A stretch of 64,000 nt of DNA from the sequence record OK283619.1; one strand, written 5' to 3'. The stretch is from Escherichia phage LPEK22. Below are positions 37,484 through 48,170 of this stretch, in pieces; position 1 is the stretch's first letter, and each line of letters starts with the position of its first letter. The notes beneath the pieces were generated by a model. The model did not search any database. It was not told the DNA's origin and was given only the letters and a program-made list of their open reading frames with translations. The translations under genes were made by a program, and so were the position numbers.

Positions 37484-40249
37484 ATGACCAGAAATGTAGA
37501 AGAATTATTCGGCGGCGTAATCACAGCTCCCCACCAGATTCCTTTCACGTATAAATCAAATGTCGGTGGAGAAACTTTCCTTTCTTTGCCGTTCCATCCC
37601 GTCACTGGTGTTATCACAATCAACGGTGGTATGCAAGTTCCGTTAGACAACTTTGAAATCGAAGGAAATACATTGAATCTCGGACGCGCATTGTCCAAAG
37701 GCGATGTTGTGTATTGCTTATTCGATAAAATTCTTTCGCCAGAAGATACAGCCAAAGGTATCCGCATATACAAATTTCAGGCCGTAGGAGGTGAAACCGA
37801 GTTCACTCCTGATTTCACATCTTATGGAGTCCAATCTCTTTATATCGGTGGCGAGTACAAAACCCCCGAAATTGAATATTCCTATGACAGTACGACAGGA
37901 AAAGTATCTTTGCAAACTGCACTGACTGCAGGCGTTTGGGTAGTCGCTGAAATGTCTGTTAAACAACCGAATATCAGTCCGGCGTTTGACCGAAGTATTC
38001 AAGAAATCGCCCGTTCTGCTAATGTAAAAGACTCTGAAGTCATCGTTAGTACGGACACCATATCTTTGTTGGATGGGAAGAAAGTTGTTTATGACATAGC
38101 GGCGCAAACCAGTTATGGTTTACCAACCATTCCTGATGGTTCTGTCATTTCTTCTGTATCTGCTGGGAAATTGAATTACAATCCAGGTGATGTGCAGGTT
38201 GATTTGTTGCCTTTAGAAGATTCATTTATTAATGTGATAAACACTCTGGGGCGAAATGATGGTGCCAAGTATATTGGAGAATGCCATTCTGTTGCTGATC
38301 TCAGGAATACTGAACCCACTATGGATGGACAACGCATTATTCTTAAGCAACACACTGCGGGTACTCTTCTTGGTGGAGGGGTATTCCGTGCGTTAATTGA
38401 TGGTACAGGAAAGACTGATAATAACGGTACTGTGATCAAAACTGTTGGCGGCGCAGCATGGTTACGTGTTAATGCTGATAGAGTTAACCCATTCATGTTT
38501 GGTGCTTTGGGTGGTTCTAATGATGATACTATTCCAGTACAATCTTGTGTGGATAGTGGTAAGGCCACACAATTAACTGGTGTACATTACGTTAGCAATA
38601 TCCAGTTAAAATATAATACGTCGTCTATTTATGGGTCTGGATTACATTACTCAAGGTTGCATCAGTTGCCTTCTGCTACTGGGAATTGTATTACCATAAA
38701 AGATACATGCTCCCTTATTGTATTAGACGCCTTTGGGGTATATGGCACAGGTGCACAACAAGGCACGTCATTTACTGCGGGCACAACAGGTATCTATGTA
38801 GAAACTCCTTCAGGTCTCTCAGCCGATTATCCGTTCCACACTACCGCAGACCCAAGACGGGACTTGTGTATTTCTAAGGTCCATATAGCAGGTTTTGATG
38901 AATATGGGTTAAATATTGATAGTGGTAACTTTAGTGTTACTACAGATTCTCTTTTAGTCAACCACATCAATCAGGTGGGTGTCCGTTGTGCTACTACTGA
39001 TTGGACTTGGACAAATATCCAGGTTAATACCTGCGGTAAACAATGTCTAGTTCTTGATGGTTGTGGTAATGGTCGTATTATTGGCGGTAAATTCATTTGG
39101 GCTAACTGGCAACCTTATGGTACAGTAGGACAGTTCCCAGGCATTACTATTAATAACAGCCAGAATATGGTTATTAATGGTATTGAGGTACAAGATTGTG
39201 GCGGGAATGGTATTGAGATTAGCGAGTCATATTCAATTTCCATGAACGGATTGAACACCAATCGTAACGGCATCAATGCTAACAACACTTTCTACAACAT
39301 CGTATTTAACAAAAGTGATGCAGTTATCAACGGATTCGTAGGACTCAATTATGCCGCGAATAGTGGTTCAGGTGCTAACTCTAGTGCAGGCAATTTTCAG
39401 TTCCTGTCTAATGATTGTAGTGTCACCATTAATGGTGTGGTTGAGACTGGTTATATGGGCATTAACTTTATTGGTGATAACAATATTATCAACCCCACCA
39501 ATTCCGACCTGAGCATTAACGGATTGGTTAATTATTCCAAGACTGGTTTGCAAACCATGAACGAGACCCCTACATTTGATGGTGTTAGCACTACACCTGT
39601 TTATGTAAGTGTCCCATCTTCTGTAGGGCAAGTAAATGGTCTGAGACTATCACAAGCCAACAAAGATAAATTACTGTATTCAAGAACAGCAGGTCCAGAA
39701 GGTATTACCATGGCTGCTGTTGTAGTACCCACCATATCTGGAGCTGAAGTATTTAACTTCATGGCCATTGGTTCAGGGTTTAGTGATACATCCAACAGTC
39801 TTCATCTTCAATTAGTTATAGACGCTTCTGGAAAACAAACAATTGCTTTGCTATTGGGGGGCGATGGTACAACCCAAATTTTATCTGGGGATTTACCTAA
39901 CGACCTTAAACTACAAAGTGGTGTACCATATCATATAGCTATTGGTGCTAAACCTGGATATTTCTGGTGGAGTATTCTTAATATTCAGACGGGTAAGAGA
40001 ATCAGACGGTCATTCCGAGGCGCTTATTTAGCCGTACCATTTAATTCTATATTCGGATTAACTTCTTCATTAACATTCTTCTCGGATAGCAATGCTGGTG
40101 GGGATGCTTGTTCTGGGGTGGGCGCTAAAGTGTATGTTGGTATGTTCTCTTCCGAGAACGATTATGTAGCTTCACGATACTACAATCTGATTAATCCGGT
40201 AGACCCTACTAAGTTAATTAGTTACCGTATATTGGATTCTTCTATTTAA
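37484..40249 (+). CDS. tailspike protein, long form (diverged copy of the shared module)
   Basis: About 921 aa; start set at second in-frame ATG 37484 (MTRNVEELF) by analogy with the neighbouring gene, track start is 37469; diverged module IQEIARSANVKDSEVIV; Asn/Gly-rich C-terminal region. Confidence 0.7.
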   Translation: MTRNVEELFGGVITAPHQIPFTYKSNVGGETFLSLPFHPVTGVITINGGMQVPLDNFEIEGNTLNLGRALSKGDVVYCLFDKILSPEDTAKGIRIYKFQAVGGETEFTPDFTSYGVQSLYIGGEYKTPEIEYSYDSTTGKVSLQTALTAGVWVVAEMSVKQPNISPAFDRSIQEIARSANVKDSEVIVSTDTISLLDGKKVVYDIAAQTSYGLPTIPDGSVISSVSAGKLNYNPGDVQVDLLPLEDSFINVINTLGRNDGAKYIGECHSVADLRNTEPTMDGQRIILKQHTAGTLLGGGVFRALIDGTGKTDNNGTVIKTVGGAAWLRVNADRVNPFMFGALGGSNDDTIPVQSCVDSGKATQLTGVHYVSNIQLKYNTSSIYGSGLHYSRLHQLPSATGNCITIKDTCSLIVLDAFGVYGTGAQQGTSFTAGTTGIYVETPSGLSADYPFHTTADPRRDLCISKVHIAGFDEYGLNIDSGNFSVTTDSLLVNHINQVGVRCATTDWTWTNIQVNTCGKQCLVLDGCGNGRIIGGKFIWANWQPYGTVGQFPGITINNSQNMVINGIEVQDCGGNGIEISESYSISMNGLNTNRNGINANNTFYNIVFNKSDAVINGFVGLNYAANSGSGANSSAGNFQFLSNDCSVTINGVVETGYMGINFIGDNNIINPTNSDLSINGLVNYSKTGLQTMNETPTFDGVSTTPVYVSVPSSVGQVNGLRLSQANKDKLLYSRTAGPEGITMAAVVVPTISGAEVFNFMAIGSGFSDTSNSLHLQLVIDASGKQTIALLLGGDGTTQILSGDLPNDLKLQSGVPYHIAIGAKPGYFWWSILNIQTGKRIRRSFRGAYLAVPFNSIFGLTSSLTFFSDSNAGGDACSGVGAKVYVGMFSSENDYVASRYYNLINPVDPTKLISYRILDSSI

Positions 40250-40299
40250 AAAATACACCCCTCTTAGGAGGGGCTTACTAGAAAAACAAAGAGGTATGT

Positions 40300-42612
40300 A
40301 TGAACGAGATGTTTAGTCAAGGTGGTAAGGGTTCAACTGGAATCCTAACCAACAAACAAGCAGTAGCTAGACACTTTGGGGTTAAGCAATCTGAGATTGT
40401 TTACTTTTCGGTTGGTGTAGATTTAGGGGGGTATAAAGTTATCTATGACAAGGAAACGCAAAGAGCTTATTCCTTACCTGCTGGTATTGCTTCTGGTACT
40501 ACTGCCGTCAGTCTTAATACTGCTGCTGTACTTGTACATTCAGCAGGTTCTGTAGACTTAGGTGCATTAGCTGTATCTCGTGAAGAATACGTAACCTTAC
40601 CTGGTTCGTTTGATTCTGGCTCTACGCTTAACGTTAAAAATGAATTACTCACTTATACAGATGGTAAGTATCGCTGGGATGGAGCATTACCTAAAGCTGT
40701 CCCTGCCGGTTCAACTCCTGCATCAACTGGTGGTATTGGTCTTGGCGCGTGGGTTAGTGTTGGTGATGCTTCTTTGAGAACACAACTGGCAAACGGCAAT
40801 GGCTCGTTGATTGGAATTCACCCGCAGGGAACGCTAAATAATGTATTAACTGTGCGCACACCTGAACAGTACAATGCGGTAGGCGACGGAATAGATGACG
40901 ATACTTCAAAATTAAAAGAAATGCTTTCAGACATAAACAACGTTCCTGAAACACTTCCTGATGCTGCGGCTGTAAACTCGTACATGGAGCAAGTAGCAGT
41001 AAAAATTAACCTGACCAAGTTATACCGATTCACAGAGACGCTATACATACCCCCAGGTGTTTCAATTGAAATGCCAGCACCAAACTTTTTTACTCGTGAG
41101 TGTAAGCAAGGATTGTTTTATGACCCAGTAGATAAGAATACAGCAGCAATCAGCTTAATGGTGTACCGTAAACAACCTGATGGTTCATACAAACTCAATA
41201 AAGATGTAGATTATTATCCTACTGGGTTAGATATTGATAATGGGTACGCTGTAACATGTGCCAGAAAAATTGATATTAGTAACCTTAACCTGATTACAGC
41301 ACCAGGTGTAAAGGTTGGTGTTAAATGGATAGGTGGGGCAGGTTGCACTACAAAAGGGTTATCTATTGGGGAGAATACAGGGAGCGATATTACAACAGCA
41401 AGACTGCCAAGAGTAGGATTGTTGCAGTCAGCATCATGGGGTTCTGTTCATGAAAATCTACGCATCCTGTATAAAACTCAGGGCGCAGTGTTCATTGACT
41501 CTAATGGCGGTGCTACTGTAAACAATGCTTACATTTCCCGCCTTGGTAATACCAATGGTGAGCTAGAACAAGCGGTGTATAAACCAGCAGGGTTTACTGA
41601 GGTAGGTGATGTTGCCATCACTCAGTTTGCAGGTTCAGAGGTTAAGTTTAATAGCCCAATCATCGAACAAGCATCATTCGACTTTGTTCACGCTGGCCGG
41701 GATACTGATTCCTACGGTTTATTTATGGTTGATAAACCCCACATTGAATCATCTGGTGGGAAGAAAAAACATAGTTTCTACCTGATCAATACCAGTTCAG
41801 ATGTTACGTTGTCAGGGGTAGGTCTTTCCGGACAAGACCCTGATCTAGATAGTATGTACTTCCTTAAAAACTGCCCAGAAACTGCCCGAAATGTTGTCAG
41901 AGGACAAATGCCAGTAGGTGGTTTAAAACTCGTTAGAGGTACTGGTAACTACCCTACATTGGTACTCGACTGTACAAATATGGGAAGTCAATTCCAATTT
42001 GGGGAAGTTGGTGACATTTTCTATATCAAAGATGTTGTTGGTGTAAAAGCAGACACTCTATACATAGATCCTGTAAATGGTAATAACTACAACTGGGGAT
42101 TTAACGGAACCAAACCTATAAGAGAGCTACTTAATATTTCAAAGTTATGCCAGCTATTCAAGTGCAAAAGAGTTTATCTTAACCCAGGTGAGATAGCCAT
42201 TACCTCTAACACGGAGTTGCCGATGGTTAATTTTGAAGGTACTGGTAGCTTGAAGGCAAATTCTGGTAGTAGCTTCCTTATCAAAACCGGTGGGACATTA
42301 TCATTAATTGGGCTTGCTGGTATATCTACAGATGGCGGCCATATGTTTAGAGTCTCCACCACGGAAAAAGTAAACATACATACTAACTGCCCAGTGGATT
42401 CTGGTGCGGCCTATGTTGTACTAAGTGAGATTCAGGGTAATATTGAATACAGGCAATTATTCTATTCTGTAAATTGTTCTAAGTATGTAGGTGCAACAGC
42501 TGGACAAACTATCGCTGGTGTCATGGTTAAGACAGCGTCAAGACCGACAGGAATAGATGCTGATCCAGTTGATGGTAATACTTCTCTAACCTATAAAATT
42601 ATAGGATCATAG
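40300..42612 (+). CDS. tailspike protein, short form (shared module at N-terminus)
   Basis: 770 aa; N-terminus VKQSEIVYFSVGVDLGGYKVIYDKETQRAYSLP...KYRWDGALPK...GAWVSVGDA; distinct C-terminal domain. Confidence 0.75.
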   Translation: MNEMFSQGGKGSTGILTNKQAVARHFGVKQSEIVYFSVGVDLGGYKVIYDKETQRAYSLPAGIASGTTAVSLNTAAVLVHSAGSVDLGALAVSREEYVTLPGSFDSGSTLNVKNELLTYTDGKYRWDGALPKAVPAGSTPASTGGIGLGAWVSVGDASLRTQLANGNGSLIGIHPQGTLNNVLTVRTPEQYNAVGDGIDDDTSKLKEMLSDINNVPETLPDAAAVNSYMEQVAVKINLTKLYRFTETLYIPPGVSIEMPAPNFFTRECKQGLFYDPVDKNTAAISLMVYRKQPDGSYKLNKDVDYYPTGLDIDNGYAVTCARKIDISNLNLITAPGVKVGVKWIGGAGCTTKGLSIGENTGSDITTARLPRVGLLQSASWGSVHENLRILYKTQGAVFIDSNGGATVNNAYISRLGNTNGELEQAVYKPAGFTEVGDVAITQFAGSEVKFNSPIIEQASFDFVHAGRDTDSYGLFMVDKPHIESSGGKKKHSFYLINTSSDVTLSGVGLSGQDPDLDSMYFLKNCPETARNVVRGQMPVGGLKLVRGTGNYPTLVLDCTNMGSQFQFGEVGDIFYIKDVVGVKADTLYIDPVNGNNYNWGFNGTKPIRELLNISKLCQLFKCKRVYLNPGEIAITSNTELPMVNFEGTGSLKANSGSSFLIKTGGTLSLIGLAGISTDGGHMFRVSTTEKVNIHTNCPVDSGAAYVVLSEIQGNIEYRQLFYSVNCSKYVGATAGQTIAGVMVKTASRPTGIDADPVDGNTSLTYKIIGS
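40360..40790 (+). repeat. shared tailspike N-terminal module, copy 3
   Basis: See copy 1; approximate coordinates. Confidence 0.6.
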
Positions 42613-42618
42613 TAAAAA

Positions 42619-42640
42619 CCCCGCTTCGGCGGGGGTTTTA
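42619..42640 (+). terminator. intrinsic terminator CCCCGC-TTCG-GCGGGG
   Basis: Hairpin followed by GTTTTATTT. Confidence 0.6.
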
Positions 42641-42666
42641 TTTCTATCCTGTTTGTTGGCTGTATA

Positions 42667-42674
42667 CTAAATAT
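42667..42674 (+). promoter_or_regulatory. late promoter motif CTAAATAT (TATAAATG nearby)
   Basis: Upstream of ATG 42706; GGAG RBS. Confidence 0.4.
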
Positions 42675-42705
42675 CTCTATAAATGGCACTCTATGGAGCA
42701 TCAAA

Positions 42706-45700
42706 ATGCAATCTACAAATTTAAACCGTCGCCCGTATTGGGATGACTGGAATCCTGGGAAACGTTTTTCACGGATTCTTTTTCGTCCGATGCCTATCAA
42801 GGTTCAGACTCGAGAACTGAACCAGATGCAGACTATTCTTCAGGATCAAATTGAAAAACTAGGCAACCATTTGTTCAAAGATGGTTCTATGGTTATCCCT
42901 GGCGGTCTGACGATTACCAATGCCGCAGTCTCTTTGAAATTCACTTTGGCTGGTGGTACTGAATTCACTGATCTGGAAGGTATTTCTGAACTCTACGTTT
43001 TGGGGAAGGACAATAATGCCAAAGCACGTGTGTTGTCTCTTGAACGTGATCTGTCTGCTCCTGATACGATGCTGGCTATCCTTGAGATGACTGAAGCGGG
43101 TAATGCTGACGGATTCCATGTTAACGATAATCTGTATTTCCAGACTTACGACGTGAATGATAATTTCATTCGTATTGGTTATGGTATCGCAGCTGCAGTA
43201 ACTGGTTCTATCGTCGCTCGTATGACGAAAGGCGTTTACTTCATTCGTGGGATGTTCCTAGACGTTGATGACGCAACTCTTATCGTTGATAAAACTTCTA
43301 ACATCACTTCCCACCGCATCGGATTTAAAGTCACCGAAACTATTGTCACCGAAACAGAAGATGAATCCCTTTATTCAAATGCTCAGGGAACGATTAACTC
43401 CAAAGCCCCAGGCGCTCATCGTCTTCGAATAGATCTGGTCTTATCTCGATTTGATTATGACGCCGTGGTTGAAGATTTTGTTGAACTGGCCAAAGTTCGT
43501 GATGGTAAAATCCAGTCTATGGTGACTCAGTCCACCTATAATATTCTGGAAGACACGTTGGCCCAACGGACGTATGAAACCAACGGCGATTACAACGTTT
43601 CAACGCACCAGATCGACATCCGCGAACACCTGAAAGTCAATAACAATGGCGGGGTATTCAATGCCGCTGATGGCGGTGACGAGAGCAAATTTGTTTCTGT
43701 GATGAAACCAGGCATCTCCTATGTTCGCGGTCGACGTATCGAAAATGTCGGGGAAGAACTGGTTATTGTCGACAAGGCGCGGGATACCGATGTCCTGAAT
43801 AACACCCCTGTTGCGGTGGCCACAGGCAATTATCTGGTCACTAAGAATTCTAAAGGTGTGCCAGTGATATCCCGCACCGTTCGATACAAATTACTGAATG
43901 CTTCAGGCGTTACCCAGGCTACAGCACTTTGTATATCAGCTGAACGTAATTCAACAGAATTTCGTCTGTATATGCGCGACCTGGTCGTTACTGGCGATGC
44001 ATCCACTATCACCAAAGTGTCTTACGAAGAAAGCGGTATCACCATGTTCTCTGCTGAACTGGAATCCAATCAGTTTAACCAGAGTTCTATGATAGATCTG
44101 ATCTTCTCTCTTCCGGTATTCGGTGTCAAGACTTTAGCACCAACTGGCTCCGTGGATATCAACTACACTGTTCTCAGAACGTATAAAGTGACGTTGGACA
44201 ACAGCGGCGCGGGTTCTATTTCTGCTCCATTGGGATATAGTTTTTCCCCAGAATTTTCGTTGTACTCTGCAGCGAAATCTGATGGTTCTGAAGCGCAGTT
44301 CGATATCTCTGGTTCTTTGTCTTTGACTGGTTCTCCGGTCGGTTCGGCGCTGCAGATTTCTCTGGGCAGTGGTAATGCTAACCAGTCAATCAATTTGCTG
44401 GCGCTGATGATTCGTACCACGGCCACAATCAAAACGAAGACCATCACTGAAACAACTGAAACAGTGACATTCACCTCGCAGACTAGCCGTCCTTTGGCGA
44501 ATCACGATGGTTGGAAATTGGTGTCGGTCAAAAACGATACTGGCGCAGACGTGACCTCCAGCTTCGTCCTAGATGGCGGACAGCGTGATGCAGGGTATTA
44601 CAAGTCTAACTTGTTATCCAGCGCTGGAGCAATCTCAGGGACGTATACAGTGGTGTATCAATACTTCGCCCACAGTTCCGGTGATTTCTTCTCTGCTGAT
44701 TCGTATACTTCGATGGATTATAAAGATATCCCGAATTATACATCTTCTACATCAGGCGCGGTGTACGGCCTGGCAGATAGTTTGGATTTCCGTCCGAAAA
44801 TCACCAACGGAACTTCTGACACAGATATGGTTCGTCCAAACACTGCAGTTATTCTGGACACAGAATATTATCTGCCGCGTATCGACGCGATTTATCTGGC
44901 AGACAACGGCGTGTTTGGTGTGGCTCGTGGCATCAGTTCTAATAATCTGGCTTCTCCAGCAATCCCAGCGAACGCCATGCGTTTGTATGAATTGTTGATC
45001 CCGCCGTATACACCGAATATTGATGATATCCAAATTCGAACTATTGATAATCGTCGTTATACAATGCGCGATATCGGTAAACTGGAAACCCGTATTTCCA
45101 ATGTTGAATACTATACCTCTCTGTCACAGCTGGAATCTTCAGCGATGACACAGCAAGTGTTCGACCCCATTACGGGTAATCCTCGTTTCAAAAATGGTAT
45201 CGCAGCTGATCCGTTCAAAGACTTCCGGTTGATTGATGACTTGTCTGAAGATTGGATGGGTTCTATCGATACCGAAAACGGACGTCTGCGCCCGTTTGTA
45301 CAACAAAACGTTGTTGACATGACTCCGGTTGGCTGGAACAAAGTGATGGATGGGATGGTGGTTTGTAATTACACGCCTGAAATCTCGGTGAACCAAGAAT
45401 ATGCGACGACGACGATCAACGTTAACCCGTATGCAGTATTCAATTGGGAAGGTTTCTTGAAGATTAACCCGACCACAGACTACTGGTTCGAAAACTATTA
45501 TGTTGCGCCGCGTATTATCAATGAAACGATCAACACCCGTGGTACTGTACAAGAAGGTTCAGTGTACGGAACATGGCGTACTGTTTCTGTTTCTGATCGT
45601 GTTTGGGAACCGCATGGTGCTGGTGGTGTGTGGTGGGGATATCGTTACCGCACGACTGTTTCTGCCCGTGATGTCACCACATATACATACACGGACAAAA

Positions 45701-47544
45701 CAACCACGACCATGACTGGTGAACAGATTGTGGAGACGCAAGTTATCCCATACATGCGCGAGATCGATATTTCTTTCGACGCATCTGGGCTGCGACCTTT
45801 CACTCGTATGTATGCGTTCTTCTCTGGTCGTGACGTCAATCTGTATTGCAAACCGAATGGTGGTAATTTCGGAGACCCAATCACCACTGATGCCAATGGT
45901 GCTGTTAAAGGTGTATTCCGCGTTCCACAGAACGATACAATCAAGTTCAACACAGGCGACAACGTGTTCCGCTTAACGGATAGCCCTGTTGACAGTAAAT
46001 CTGCGGATGATACACTGACCAATGCAGAAATTGTTCATAAATCTTTCGGTAAGAAACAAGGTATTCAAAAGACCTTTGTCAACACTCGTGTCCTGGGTTA
46101 CACTGCTAGTACTCGCACCGAAACTTCTACTTCTGAAGTGGTTGTTGATCAATGGCGTGATCCGATTGCCCAATCGTTTATGGTGGCGACTAAGATTGGC
46201 GGCGAGTATATCGAAGGCGTGGAAGTATTCTTCTCTACCAAGTCACGTGATGTTCCGATCACTCTGGAAATTCGCGAGATGGAGAATGGCTTACCTTCTC
46301 ATACAGTCATTACTCGTAAAACTTTGAACCCGTCTGAAGTGACGATCTCTACAGACTCTTCCGGCGGTACGAAGTTCACCTTTGATTATCCGGTGTATCT
46401 GCAAGCATCGACTGAGTTTGCTATCGTTTTGTTGGCGAATACTCAGGATTACAACGCGTATATCGCGGAAATGGGCAAGAAAAACCTTCTGTCCAACGAA
46501 TATATCGCCAAACAACCGTATACAGGGGTGTTCTTCACTTCTTCAAACGGTTCTACATGGTCTCCAAACCAAATGGCTGATATGAAATTCCGCATATATC
46601 GTTGTAACTTCGCTGCGGGACAGAACGTTGTAACATTTGATCCGAAGCTCGGGCCAAAACAACGTCCGTTGGGATTGAACACTCTGAACTGCGTAAGCGG
46701 GTCTTCTGTTGTGACTGTGTTTGCAACTGGTCATGGTTTGGTTGCTGGGAACAATGTTACTCTTTCTGAATTGACAGGCGGTTGTGGCTTTACTCCTGAA
46801 CAACTTAACAAAACGTTTACTGTGACAGATGCGAGCTATACTTCATTCAAGATTGACGTCGGTACGGCAGCAGACAGCAATGGACAAATCGGTGGAGATA
46901 ATGCTTCTTTCTTGGGCAATTATCTAGTTGATATGTTCTATGCCAGCGTTACCAATTCGGCTCTGGAAGGTTCAATTCTGAAATTGGAATACCGTTATCG
47001 CGATGCCACTTCAAATTCTATGTCTGATTGGGCTGAGTTTGAAACTGACACTGACGTGGCATTGCCGACTGAAGGTATCTATCGCCAGGTCGGGGATTTC
47101 CAAATCCGAGCCACCATGACGCGTAGTGAAAACAACGTGTACACTGCTCCAATGATTGATGGCGATGACCTGAGCGTAATCTTCAACTCATACGGTGTGG
47201 ATCCATTTGAAGATGTCTTCAAATACGTGACAAAGGACATCGGATTTGATAATCCGTGTTCTACTGTGAAGTTGTTCTTTGGTGCAATGCTCCCATCTCA
47301 GTCTTCGATGAAGGTGCAGGTGAAACTTCTACGAGCAGGGCAAGAGATGGATAGTGTGGCTTGGGAAGACGTCACCCCAACTTCGCCTCTGGTTAACGAC
47401 GGTTCCACATTCTTTGAATATGAGTATGACAAGACTGTGGCGAGCAATAACCCGTTTGTTGGCCTGAAAGTCCGAGCGCTTGTACGGGGGAACCGCGTTG
47501 CTCCTCCATCATTCAAAGACTTCCGTCTTATTGCTCTGGCATAA
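42706..47544 (+). CDS. large virion-associated protein (1612 aa), function unknown
   Basis: Single uninterrupted 1612-aa ORF inside the late operon between tailspikes and neck genes; no motif recognised. Confidence 0.65.
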   Translation: MQSTNLNRRPYWDDWNPGKRFSRILFRPMPIKVQTRELNQMQTILQDQIEKLGNHLFKDGSMVIPGGLTITNAAVSLKFTLAGGTEFTDLEGISELYVLGKDNNAKARVLSLERDLSAPDTMLAILEMTEAGNADGFHVNDNLYFQTYDVNDNFIRIGYGIAAAVTGSIVARMTKGVYFIRGMFLDVDDATLIVDKTSNITSHRIGFKVTETIVTETEDESLYSNAQGTINSKAPGAHRLRIDLVLSRFDYDAVVEDFVELAKVRDGKIQSMVTQSTYNILEDTLAQRTYETNGDYNVSTHQIDIREHLKVNNNGGVFNAADGGDESKFVSVMKPGISYVRGRRIENVGEELVIVDKARDTDVLNNTPVAVATGNYLVTKNSKGVPVISRTVRYKLLNASGVTQATALCISAERNSTEFRLYMRDLVVTGDASTITKVSYEESGITMFSAELESNQFNQSSMIDLIFSLPVFGVKTLAPTGSVDINYTVLRTYKVTLDNSGAGSISAPLGYSFSPEFSLYSAAKSDGSEAQFDISGSLSLTGSPVGSALQISLGSGNANQSINLLALMIRTTATIKTKTITETTETVTFTSQTSRPLANHDGWKLVSVKNDTGADVTSSFVLDGGQRDAGYYKSNLLSSAGAISGTYTVVYQYFAHSSGDFFSADSYTSMDYKDIPNYTSSTSGAVYGLADSLDFRPKITNGTSDTDMVRPNTAVILDTEYYLPRIDAIYLADNGVFGVARGISSNNLASPAIPANAMRLYELLIPPYTPNIDDIQIRTIDNRRYTMRDIGKLETRISNVEYYTSLSQLESSAMTQQVFDPITGNPRFKNGIAADPFKDFRLIDDLSEDWMGSIDTENGRLRPFVQQNVVDMTPVGWNKVMDGMVVCNYTPEISVNQEYATTTINVNPYAVFNWEGFLKINPTTDYWFENYYVAPRIINETINTRGTVQEGSVYGTWRTVSVSDRVWEPHGAGGVWWGYRYRTTVSARDVTTYTYTDKTTTTMTGEQIVETQVIPYMREIDISFDASGLRPFTRMYAFFSGRDVNLYCKPNGGNFGDPITTDANGAVKGVFRVPQNDTIKFNTGDNVFRLTDSPVDSKSADDTLTNAEIVHKSFGKKQGIQKTFVNTRVLGYTASTRTETSTSEVVVDQWRDPIAQSFMVATKIGGEYIEGVEVFFSTKSRDVPITLEIREMENGLPSHTVITRKTLNPSEVTISTDSSGGTKFTFDYPVYLQASTEFAIVLLANTQDYNAYIAEMGKKNLLSNEYIAKQPYTGVFFTSSNGSTWSPNQMADMKFRIYRCNFAAGQNVVTFDPKLGPKQRPLGLNTLNCVSGSSVVTVFATGHGLVAGNNVTLSELTGGCGFTPEQLNKTFTVTDASYTSFKIDVGTAADSNGQIGGDNASFLGNYLVDMFYASVTNSALEGSILKLEYRYRDATSNSMSDWAEFETDTDVALPTEGIYRQVGDFQIRATMTRSENNVYTAPMIDGDDLSVIFNSYGVDPFEDVFKYVTKDIGFDNPCSTVKLFFGAMLPSQSSMKVQVKLLRAGQEMDSVAWEDVTPTSPLVNDGSTFFEYEYDKTVASNNPFVGLKVRALVRGNRVAPPSFKDFRLIALA

Positions 47545-47596
47545 ATAATGTTGAAAGGTGGGCGTAAAGCCCACCAAACCAATAGAGGATAAAGAT

Positions 47597-47845
47597 ATGC
47601 GTGGAGTGAAAGTACAGGGGCACGCATCCATGTTGAGAAGCAGTTCTTGCCCTGGCGCGATTATTTGCACCGATCACGCCGCTGGCATGGCTGCATTGCA
47701 AGCCCGTCAACGCAATGAAACCCGTGAAGCCACCATTGTTGAACAATCAAACCAGATATCTAATCTGGAGGCGACAATCAAAATGATGGCCGAAAAGTTG
47801 GGGATCGAAATCCCCGAAGGAGGTCAGAATGGCGACGCAAGCTGA
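47597..47845 (+). CDS. hypothetical coiled-coil protein
   Basis: Start at ATG 47597 (GAGGA RBS); Ala/Gln/Glu-rich. Confidence 0.45.
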   Translation: MRGVKVQGHASMLRSSSCPGAIICTDHAAGMAALQARQRNETREATIVEQSNQISNLEATIKMMAEKLGIEIPEGGQNGDAS

Positions 47846-48170
47846 AAGAACGGGGCTTGACATCCGTGGTATCTTAACCGCTGTCGTGGCTTCTGCATTG
47901 GTCTCGGCAGCATCGTTCCTTTGGTTCATGGGCGGGATGGAAACGCGCGTGAATGTATTGGAACGAGATTCCAACAAGATGGATCAAGTTCTTCAGAAAG
48001 TGAATGACATGAGTGAACGTATGGCGATCATGAATACTGACCTCGCATATGTCAAACAAAACATGGCTGAGTTAAAACTCAATAGCAGCAGTCTTTCAGA
48101 TGATGTTCGCACACTGCGGATTACTGTATCTGATTTGCAGCAAAAGGGGAATAACAATGGCCGTCAATAA
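47829..48170 (+). CDS. membrane-anchored coiled-coil protein
   Basis: 113 aa; TM-like segment ILTAVVASALVSAASFLWFMGG then heptad-like sequence. Confidence 0.5.
   Translation: MATQAERTGLDIRGILTAVVASALVSAASFLWFMGGMETRVNVLERDSNKMDQVLQKVNDMSERMAIMNTDLAYVKQNMAELKLNSSSLSDDVRTLRITVSDLQQKGNNNGRQ

Noticed and set aside
44573-45033. Several antisense or alternative-frame ORFs (60-140 aa) inside the 1612-aa gene; similar cases inside rIIA, the polymerase, tailspikes, terminase and sheath
   Set aside because: Nested within long, coherent primary ORFs; no independent translation signals.
47557-47575. Hairpin GGTGGG-CGTAAA-GCCCACC after the 1612-aa gene as an intrinsic terminator
   Set aside because: No U-tract follows; more likely an RNA-stabilising or processing hairpin. 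The overlapping CATAAATA (47540-47547) may be a late-promoter variant but is unverified.
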